Assembly: GCA_002633005.1 (NCBI GenBank)
Contig: NMRA01000115.1
Coordinates: 765,965 to 829,964, forward strand
Length of the DNA: 64,000 nucleotides
Direction: 5' to 3'
DNA from: Phoronis australis
Taxonomy: Eukaryota; Animalia; Phoronida
This document shows positions 54,449-64,000 of the stretch, one piece after another. Each line of letters begins with the position of its first letter. The first letter of the stretch is position 1. Both the position numbers and the translations under genes were made by a program. The notes beneath the pieces are model-generated. The model did not search any database. It saw only the letters and a program-made list of their open reading frames with translations, and was not told the DNA's origin.

Positions 54449-57400
54449 CAGGCTTTCAAGCAGTTTCAGGCAAAAAGTAGGAAAAAAGTAGGACACATTT
54501 TCAAAAAAGTAGAAAAAAGTAGGAACTGTGAAGTGAAAAGTAGGAAAAAGTAGGAACAAGAGCAGGCGTTCAGAAGTAGTTTTCATCAAAATTTACCATT
54601 GACGTTCACCTCGTGTCACAGGTTGTGGTTACTATTGGTTGGAAAACCAGCAGGACTTAATTCACACTTACGAGTGCAAAAGGTTCGACTGTGTAATTCT
54701 ATTGTACGTCATCTACCATTGAAGGAAAGGGGCGTCTTGAGTTGCACAAACCTGGGCTTAGGTCCCTGGGGGGTCCAAAAGAGGACCCAAAAATCAATTT
54801 AATTAAAATTTTCAGTGCAACATACGTTTCAACTTTATTTCATACAAATCAACACTCAAATTAAAATGGCACACCATAAAACGTGGAAATGCCTGGGGTT
54901 ATTTACTACGGCGCCTACTAATGACCACGACCATTAAACTTTTAATTGCATCAAATTTTTTTAGCGAAAGATAGGTTAGTAACTCTAGACACCATGTCCA
55001 CTACTGAAATGCGATTTTTCCTGGGGTTTCCATATGAGACGGGCTGTTTGAACCCCAAATGATAGACCCTCAAAAATGAACTAATAAAAGAGGAAATACA
55101 AAATTTTTGATTATTAACTATGGATGAAACATTATTTCAAATGATGCAAAAATACAACTTATGACAAATAAAATTTTGTGTTAATGATCAAGACACTTAT
55201 TAATTAAAAGCCAATTAATAATTCTTTTCTAAAAGCGTTTAGCAACTATGGGCACCACATTCACAGCTTAATACTGGATTTTCCTGATTAGCAGATAAGA
55301 CCGGGGGGGGCGGTGGACCCCGAGTGATAACAAGTAACAAAACCCCCAAAAATGAACTTGCATAAAAGTGGGCATTTCGATTATGACGGATAAAACGTCT
55401 TATTTCAAATAAACAAAAAATATCTGAAGATATGACCAATTTACTCTCGATCAGAACGAAAATGAAACAAGAACTAAGTTGAAATACGTCTGGGATAACC
55501 AAATAAACTGTTTTCAAACTAATGCTAAACTGATTGAAGCATATCTAGTGGCAACAAATGAAAGTACATGGGAATGTGATGCATGGCACAGTTTATTGTT
55601 TAATATGATAAAACCGAAATCCAAAAGGCAATAATTATTCACTCTACTGTAACTTACTGTAACTGCAAACATCTAAATCGTGATCATCATTACACTCTTA
55701 ACCAGATGATTCCATTTCTCTTGGTAGAAAATCATGATCTTCGTCTACATCACTGACCAAGACATCATCTCTCTCAGCATCGCCACCATTGCCATCTGGC
55801 TTTGTTTCGAGTTGAAGCTCTGGAATGAGCGCGGAGGGAAATCTGTTTTTCACTGAACCAAATGATGCGAAATTTGCTGTCAACATTTGCCCATCCATTG
55901 GTGGGTGTTTTGTCCATGATTTGGAGATCAGCGCTACCCCATAGGCCAACAGTAAACGCACGTCTATCCACATGAAGTTCTAGTTCAGCTTCACACGGTA
56001 GAATGCTACTGCTCGCGATGCCTCTAAGCTTTTCAAATGGGTGTTTATCGTTCACTTTCGTTTGTAGGTTTTCTCGACCACAGTAAGCCAATGCTTGTCG
56101 GGTTCTGCAAGATTTTGATGATTTCTTCTGTGGGGATATCGCGGCTCAATGCAAATGCTCTCTGGAACCTATCACGTTTTGCCACGACTACATATGGTCT
56201 GTTCTTTCCTTTCCTAACAAGTGCACAGGTATAGTTACATCCAGTGAACACGTACAGGCCTTAGGAGTGCAGCACACATAGCTTGGCCTATCGCAGTAGC
56301 AGTCTTAGTTACGGTTCAGTAACACAGATTGCCTTGTCCTCTAGTACCAACCTCCATCCATACCGTGGATGTAACTCAATGGACATGGTTTATGAGCAAC
56401 ACTAGAATGTCGGTGTCAGAAACTCTTATGATGATGTCGCCAGGTGTGGACTTGTCCGCCTCAACCATATGAATGATGGCACTGGAATCGGCGTACGAGT
56501 GATTACACCTTAGGGATAGAAATGATTCTGTATATAAGCTACTTCTCCATCTTCAACGAATTACCGAGTGCGCACTCTTCCATTACCCCCAAATACACTT
56601 CCCTTCCATCTAGAAGTGGACTGTAGAAGTTGCTCGACCTTGCAATCCCTATTGAGAAAGGCAGGTAACTCTCGTTTCAACGACTCCACTCTCGACTGGT
56701 TTCATGAAGCTTGGGTCTCTTTTCTGTTCAGCTTCTTCTATAACAAATTCCCGTCCTAAAACAGCGTCTTATTGTCTCTCGGGGTCCAAACACCCCCGTC
56801 TTACGTTGTGGAAATAGTGCCCAAGGTTGCTAAACTCTATTTTGAGAAAAGAATTTCTGTTGTACTTAAAAGTTTTAAGTGGAAATTGCACGTAAATTCA
56901 TCTCTGTAATTGCTTGGTCAAATTAGTTACAAACACAACATATAGCGACCGTGTGAATATAAAGTACACTGAAAATTGCCAAAAGTTTTTAAGAACGAGT
57001 TTTGTGTCGATCCACGTAAATCACTCAACTGTGTCCAGTAAGTATCGTGACTTAATGTTGGGGAATAACACTGCATGATTCGGGCTATGCGAGCCCCCAA
57101 GGTATGTCATTAGTGCAACGGTTGATTTCATATTACGAGTTGTAACTGAATAGAACTGCACTTTGTTTAGCGTAGATGACGTTAAAATAGCTTTGTAGTT
57201 TAGTTCCTGCTAGACATTAGCATAGTTCGGAGCATGCAAATATATCTGTAAATAGTTTATTGGTCGTTTATGATAAGTGTCTTAATTAATAATACAAGGA
57301 TATTTTGTGTCTGAAGTTGTAATTTTGTTCATTTCAAATGATGTTTTATCCATAACAGAAATAAAAATTGTATTATCTCCTCTTTATACAAGTTCATTTT

Positions 57401-58006
57401 TAGGGGCTTTGTTATCCCTTAGGGTCCATACACCCCCATCTTATCTGCTAACCCTAGGAAAAATGACGACTAAATTAGTGGATATGGTGTCCATAGTTAC
57501 TAAACTATATCTTTTGGAAAACGAATTTTTTGTGGCACTTAAAAGTTAAAAAAAATTGTTAAATGGTTGTTGATTAGGCATCTTCATGAAGCACCCCAGG
57601 CATTTTCATGTCTCAAGTTGTATCATTTTAAGTTGAGTGCTGATTTGAATAAAAGAAAGTTGAAATGAATGTTGCACTCAAAATCTTAATTAAATGAATT
57701 TTTTGGTCTTCTTTTCAACTGCCCATGGACCAAACCCTAGGATTGTGCAATTTAGACGCCCCTTGCCTTCAATGGTAGGTGATATACGTGTACGAACTCA
57801 AACCTTTTACACTCAAAAGTGTAAAGTTCTGCTGGCTCTCCAACTACATAGTTTTTAGGTTAACATCGCTTGTGCTGGAAAGAGTCCTTTGTGTGCTGTT
57901 CCTGATAACCTAAAATGACTACTTATTACTCCAAAAACATAACTTAGACGGAAATTTTAGAGCAGTAAGAAAGAAGTGGAGAAAAGTAGGAACGCTTGGA
58001 AGCCTG
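54449..58006. mobile_element. hAT-like element with 6-bp TSD GAATCG, hosting nested insertions
   Basis: CAGGCTTTCAAGC...GCTTGGAAGCCTG TIRs, GAATCG on both sides, AAAAGTAGGA subterminal repeats. Confidence 0.65.
54631..57854 (-). mobile_element. Degenerate AcademX-like transposon (XPG/FEN1-like nuclease relic) with about 600-bp diverged TIRs
   Basis: Inverted repeats at about 54631-55225 and 57255-57854. Frameshifted minus-strand relic at about 55700-56510: CNHSYADSSAIIH...IRVSDTDILVLL...FTGCNYTC..RKGK...LPCEAELELHVDR...W...P..GW. Confidence 0.7.
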
Positions 58007-59224
58007 GAATCGTTCGCACAGAACACTCAGAAAGAAGGAACCAAGTGAATTCCATTGCACAACAGTGTCAGTGGCTGCTGTCAATGTCTTCGCCGCTTCT
58101 GCCATGTAGCCAGTTGGCCCGTCTTGATCGGCGAAGTCAACCAAGTGCAGCTCATATCAAAGATGTAAGATATTTGAATTTTGAAAAAGCCACCACAATA
58201 AATTCCAAGAAATCATTCAAGTCACACTGTATAGCGTGAAATGGGTCCACACGGAATCAGTTCTTAACAGAGCAGAGTTAGAGGCTAATTGGTATTAGGG
58301 ATGACTGAGACACTCAGTGGTTAGGAGTCACCTTCTTCGAATAAACAGCTGAAAACATCTACAAAAAACACAGTAAAGGGTACACATTTTCACCAACATT
58401 TCAGTACTGTCATCGACACCTGACGTATTACTGTCATAAGGACTATCAGAATTCGATAACCTTGCGATTGTGATTAAATAATTTTCATAACAGCAGTGGA
58501 AAATTTAGATCTATTTTGGGATCACATGTACAAGTGTTGAGTCCCATAATTTATTTTTATATTTGTTGAAATCAAGCATGGTCTAAAAAATTCGACAAAC
58601 CCAGAAATCATTTCCCATCAGAATAAGGAGCAATTTGAGATCAACCTTATAAAGGTAATTGATCTAAATCAAAAGTTCACCTCTTGAACTAAACGTGGGA
58701 TTGCAGCAAGTCTAGGTTACGTTTAAAAGCCCCAAAATACATAGGCCTGCACCAAGTATAAAAAGATTTAAGGTCGTATTAACCGTTAGTCTGTCCAGTC
58801 GTCAATGTTCAATTCTCAAAAAAGCATTTCGCCACTTATAGACGTCGATGTCGAATTCTTAGACCAAAGCGCTTTGAAGTGTGAAAACACCTCGTTTTTC
58901 AGACCGAGTCTTGTTGCCGAATGAGCAGCCATAGAAATTGAGCACGCGCACCATTTTAGGTTTGGCCAACCCCGAAAAACTCTGAAGCGTTTTAGTGAAT
59001 CGCTGATGTTTTCGATGTTCCTATCACGGTAGGGATTCGGACGAAACCTATTTTGTGAAAGTAAAGATCCTAATTTGAGTTCTGTTTTTAATTCAACTAA
59101 ACAAGGCAAAATGTAGCTTTAACTAACTATAATGAAAAAACACCACCCTAGATATTACCTTAAAGATTTGGAGAAAAAATGTGGTCAAAAATAATAATTG
59201 ACCTTAGAAACCAATGATACTAAT

Positions 59225-59530
59225 TGATGGTGGAGGTAATGACGTTGGCGGTAATTGTGAAGGTGATGGTGGGTGGTGGTGATAGTCACGGTGATGATGG
59301 TGGGGACTGGTGATGGTATAAAGGTGATGGAGGGTGGAAGGGATGGTGAAGGTGATGGTGGGAGGTGCTGCTAGTGAAGGTGATAATGGTGGGGACTGGT
59401 GATGGTGCAGGTGATGATGGAGGTTGGTGGGGATGTTGAAGGTGGTGATCGTGAGTGGTGATGATGACGAAGATGGTGACTGGTGGTGATGAAGGTGATG
59501 GTGAAGGGTAATGCTGATGGTGACGATGGC
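59225..59530. repeat. Low-complexity (GGT/GAT)n region
   Basis: GGTGATGGT-rich degenerate repeats. Confidence 0.85.
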
Positions 59531-59776
59531 GCTTACGACTAAGGAAGACGATAATGATGGTTCTGATAGCTCTTCAGGGTCAAAATGTCACGTAGCACTA
59601 TAGTTTTAGCCCGTAAATTCCAAGAAATTATAACGATGACAATAACTTTAATGTGTACATGTGTATGTGTTTGAGGAAACTTTTTGATAATTGGCTTATA
59701 TTTCACGGGCTCTTTTGAAAGAACACATCTACAAAAGGTAATCAAAACAAGGGATTGTCGAAGCAATGGTTCAACG

Positions 59777-60770
59777 CAGTGGCGTGCCTAGCGTGGGTGA
59801 CACCCGGGGAGAAAATTCTTGGTGCCACCCTTTCACCCATATTTAACTACAAACAATGAGCACACCACTAGTATGAAGTATACTGTAGTCTTATTAACAG
59901 AAAACTGCTACAATTCCTACACTTAAAATTCTATCTAACCCGACTTTGACCTAAAAACGACTTTCCCAGCCAGTTCTTTGAAACAAAATAAAAATCTGTA
60001 ACTCTCGACAACCATCAAAAGTTTGGAGGAAATTTTGAAAATTCCTTTCAAAATCTGCTAAAGGGGTAAGCGTGGCCTAGCGATTTACACAGCAACTGTG
60101 GGAAAGACTAACCACACCAAGGGCCATCATGTCTATTCGATCTGGGACATAGGGAACACGAGTTTTTAGTTGATGTCTGTCTTTAACTTGGAAGATTGAC
60201 GCCAATTATGCACAGCTAGCAAGTGACGGACCGAGGATAGGTGGAAATCATCAAAACAGGGTTGAGTATCCTTTAAGCTTTTATTTGTAAGTATTCTTGG
60301 GTATCATTAAGCGCGTGAGGTACTTCACCCCAGAAGTACAAATAGCATAAGAAGATGAATTCACTGTTGGCAATGCGGAGAAATTCTCTAGAACCTCTTG
60401 GGTCAATATTCTCATCTCGATCACAGGGGTTCAAAAACCTTATCATAACTGTCCATGAATATTTTCATGGCAAAACAATGAACGCTCCAAACCTTTGTGT
60501 CAAACCCAGCACTAGTACTTGTTGCCCGACGCGGTGTGCGTTTAACGGATCTTGCCGGAACCCCCTGAGGGAAAGAGCCACGGGTGATTTTGAAGGTGAC
60601 ACCCAATGAATTAGGTCAATTCCCATAGTCAGTGCGAGATAAAATGCTACGCTTCTTTCATTTTTATTAGTTGAACGTAACAGTTTAGTGTGTCAAAACT
60701 CAGAGTGTCCCAACTAAAAGTGTGTCACATGGGGCGGTTCGCCTCCTGTCCAACCTTAGGGACGCCACTG
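59777..60770 (-). mobile_element. Paralogous copy of the hAT-like element (inserted before the duplication)
   Basis: CAGTGGCG...CGCCACTG, TSD GTTCAACG/GTTCAACA, same flanks as 35014-36115. Confidence 0.78.
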
Positions 60771-60942
60771 GTTCAACAGCTTAGAATGACGACTTAAGAT
60801 TAAAACGTTGATGAAATCTTTATATTAAGCCAAAGCGCAGGTCATTTTTGTAGATTCTAAAGCTAACAGTTGAACAGACTTAGGAACTGAAATCTGACGA
60901 ACAAAAGGACAAATTTAGTCTATATACAATAAGAATACGCAC

Positions 60943-61119
60943 CAGCCATATGGAAACGAGTGCTCCTGTCGTAAGCCCAGCTAAGACATCGCTCCAGTGA
61001 TGAACGTGGTCAGTTACACGAGTGAGTCCAATGAAGAAGGCCACACACAGAAACGAAACTTGAATTAGAGGCTTGAGAAGGCGAGAAAATGGAAATAGCC
61101 ACGTCTGCTCCCCATAAAG
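60943..61119 (-). CDS. PLPP copy B, exon 5 (TRVTDHVHHWSDVLAG)
   Basis: Intact C3 motif; same length and splice sites as copy A. Confidence 0.93.
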
Positions 61120-61357
61120 CTGGAAATTCAAAGTCTTATTTAATCACATACACAACAAAATGAAGAATTCAACACGGCTGCTGCTTAAAGGTACAAAAAA
61201 CAGCGTTTTGTCGAATAAATTGACTTTTGATACAGCCTACTAGTACAACTATAAAATTGGCCTTAACTCGTTCCTTACTCAACGAGAAGTGGCTTTGCAA
61301 ACAAATGAGATTTCGTCATTGCCAGACACTGTTCCAAGTCATTTTGAAAATGTAATT

Positions 61358-61503
61358 CATGGGCGGCGCTCCATAGGGGGCTGGGGGCTAGAGCCCCCAC
61401 TTTTTTCAGTACTGCGTCTCTCATGGTCTATAAGCGGTGAACCACAGGGGGGCTGGGGGCCGGCGATAGCCCCCCACTTTTTTTCAGTGCTGCGCCGCCC
61501 ATG
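61358..61503. mobile_element. Small MITE with an internal direct repeat, absent from copy A
   Basis: CATGGGCGGCGC...GCGCCGCCCATG, TSD TAATT/TAATA; empty site near 38015. Confidence 0.7.
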
Positions 61504-61970
61504 TAATAACATGCAGTAACGAGCTGTTAGTTAAGTTCAGAAATGAAGTCTACGTTCACTTAGGAACAGTTCGAGACCAACTTCATAACGGTGAGTGGTC
61601 TGAAGCAGAATGTTATTTATAGAATCGTATATACAGCAAAAATGAAAAATTCAATATCCATACTGATGCTTAAAGCGATCAGTCAATACAGACTTCTTCC
61701 AGCACCACTGTAAACTTGGTCTCCTCTTGTTCCTAATTCCGATGAGAATTAATTTTTTTCTCTTGCAAAGAATTGAGAGTTCGTCATTTCTCGACACTAT
61801 ACGAAACGAATAAACGAAATGCAGTCACATATCTTTCCCACACTGTGGTGCGAAGTCAGATCAGCTGATACATTTGGAGTCGTACGATAAGAAAACAAAT
61901 GGGACGAATGACAAGCGTTCATATGTGATTTTCTCCGGTTAACATGTCAGACAGCAGATCCACCATTTAA

Positions 61971-63276
61971 AGACAAAGGCAACCTTTTTTCATGTCATAT
62001 TTAGCAAAAATAGGGTTCGTTGATTATCCCAGACATATCTTTCACTTATTTACAGCTTTTCGTAATTTAATTAATTACTCGTCGTCTACTCCGGAAGTTA
62101 CGTTTCGGGAGGCAAGAATTTCGCGCCAATTTCTTTTCATACAGTTTGACTGTGAGAACAGTCGAGTCAGTCATTGTTCTACCTCGGTTGTGATAAGTTC
62201 GGTCGTCGTTTGCTTTTGCTTACGACCCAGTCAATATGCCACGCTGTTGCTGCCTGCCGAGATGTACTCATTATTGTCTCACGTACAGAGGGAGAACTGT
62301 CCCACTTGCCTGAGTGTCCCGCGACACACTCCCAGTGGATGGTGACTTGAGCACCCAAATTGCTTACATTCCGCCGTGCGACTCCATCGTCACACATGTG
62401 GCACCTTCTAAATAGCCCCAATACAAGTCAACACTAAACTAATCAAACTTAGGCTCACCGATTTGTTCATTGGATGACGAACTGTCCTTTTCACTGGGCG
62501 TCAAACTGGGCCTGTATTCACTCCCACTACTCAACATCGCTGCAGGGCTGCTTACAGGCTCTTGGCTAGAGACAACAGCACACGGGGAATCACTACTAGT
62601 TTCTGGAATTGCACGCTATGAGGTACGTTCGGAGGCATGACAGTAGATGAAGTGCCTCCAGTCACTGTATATAGTGGCCACAGCTCGCGAGGCTTCTCGC
62701 TTCAAAAAACCGCACTTCTCGGGGGTGGCGACGGGGCACTGCCGGGAATCAACAGCGACGGAACCCTTCTTCAGGCGTTGTTTCGCAGGGACCTTCATCA
62801 ATTCAGCGAACATATCTCTGTCGTAATCAGACGGCTGAAAATGCTTGCCACTGCTTTGTACGTTGCGTGAACGGGTAGCGCTGCGTTCTTTACACGAGCA
62901 AGCTAGCCAAGTACGGCGAAGTGTGTCATCATTCGGAAAGCGATGCAAGGTACCCAAAGCGCGTGTCAGAGGATAATGAGTGCATCCTGGTACGCAGCAA
63001 CAGTGTGACATATTGACTGACTCGTAAACAAAAGCAAACGACGACCGAACTTATCACAACCGAGGTAGAACAATGACTGACTCGACTGCTCTCACAGCCA
63101 GACTGTATGAAAAGAAATTGGCGCGAAATTCTTGCCTCCAAAACGTCACTTCCGGAGTAGAGGACGAGAAATTACTTAAATTACAAAAACCTGTAATTAA
63201 GTGAAAAATATGTCTGGGATAATCAACAGACCTTGTTTTTGCTAAAAGTGACTTGAAAAAAAAGTTGCCTTCGCCT
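61971..63276 (-). mobile_element. Second copy of the same Kolobok-like element, opposite orientation
   Basis: TTAA at 61967-61970 and 63277-63280, long TIRs, THAP ORF at 62616-63011(-); absent from the paralogous intron near 39625. Confidence 0.85.
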
Positions 63277-63412
63277 TTAATGTACATGTGCAACATGAGG
63301 AATATTGATAATATGTGCACGGGAGACTTAACATTACTGCTCAGTGGAATAAATGCAATACTTGTTTTCGATAATGTAGACTATAGTCTCTCCATTATTC
63401 ACGCGCACTTAC

Positions 63413-63542
63413 GACAATAAAAACAGCCGAGGAGGCAGCGGAAGCAGCGTGGCCAGACATGAACGACTGGCGAATATTTACAGACTGAAACCTGCTCAGG
63501 TTTTTATTGGTGCACACAACATCGGAAATGAACATCGGCACC
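63413..63542 (-). CDS. PLPP copy B (tandem paralogue), exon 4; upstream exons lie beyond the window end
   Basis: Nearly identical to copy A exon 4 (RQSFMSGHAASAA). Confidence 0.92.
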
Positions 63543-63767
63543 CTGAAAAGAAAGAGGAACTTGTCTCGTGTGTTATTTCTGTCATTTTCCACCAATTTTC
63601 GCATAGGAATGGCGATACTGTTGTATTTCAAGGGAGAGCAAGTAGTCATCACACACCAGTTGTCTTCGATAAATTTTGCACTCACCTCAACAGCAATTAC
63701 CTTGGACCAAGACGAAAAAATAAAAACGAACAATTGAATAATATCCGTGGCCCGTTGTTGTGCTTTT

Positions 63768-63835
<68 letters not shown>
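63768..63835. repeat. (AAC)n microsatellite
   Basis: Pure AAC run; a degenerate AAC/AAT counterpart lies at about 40090-40165. Confidence 0.95.
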
Positions 63836-63836
<1 letters not shown>

Positions 63837-64000
63837 TATAATAATAACAATAGCAATAACAACAGTAATAGTAGCAATAATAATATTTACGAATTATAAA
63901 TCTAGTCTACTTTCCTATATCATACACATTTCAGTTTACGTCAATTTCACTTTTAAGTTGTGAACAGTAATGCTAATTCTTTGCCTACTGTTTTTCACCA

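Noticed and set aside
62616-63011. THAP-domain ORF as a domesticated host gene
   Set aside because: It lies inside a TIR element, has a non-ATG start and a damaged C2CH core, and the sister copy is disrupted.
63395-63963. Poly-Leu and poly-Thr ORFs
   Set aside because: Produced by the (AAC)n microsatellite; only 63413-63542 is a real exon.

Overview
Eukaryotic, AT-rich, intron-rich genomic DNA, most likely from a marine invertebrate (possibly an echinoderm or hemichordate; the taxon is an inference). No prokaryotic features or CRISPR arrays. Positions 1-28.3 kb hold the 5' part of a minus-strand RGS22 orthologue: 13 coding exons reconstructed by hand (1238 codons, all GT-AG, frame-consistent), with the 3' end running off the window. 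Positions 32.9-48.3 kb hold a complete 6-exon minus-strand PAP2-family lipid phosphate phosphatase gene (PLPP/wunen-like, 283 aa). The last three exons of a tandem paralogue lie at 52.3-63.5 kb. The introns carry many DNA transposon relics: two Kolobok-like THAP elements with TTAA TSDs, hAT-like elements with 8-, 6- and 5-bp TSDs, an AcademX-like XPG-nuclease relic, Helentron-like HINEs with CTCF-like repeat units, and an L2/Crack LINE tail. The most unusual signal comes from comparing paralogous copies: TA-NNNN-TA palindromes (TAGGCCTA, TACATGTA) appear as short insertions at TA sites, consistent with transposon excision footprints, and they cluster around the RGS22 5' end. I found no convincing novel protein-coding system.
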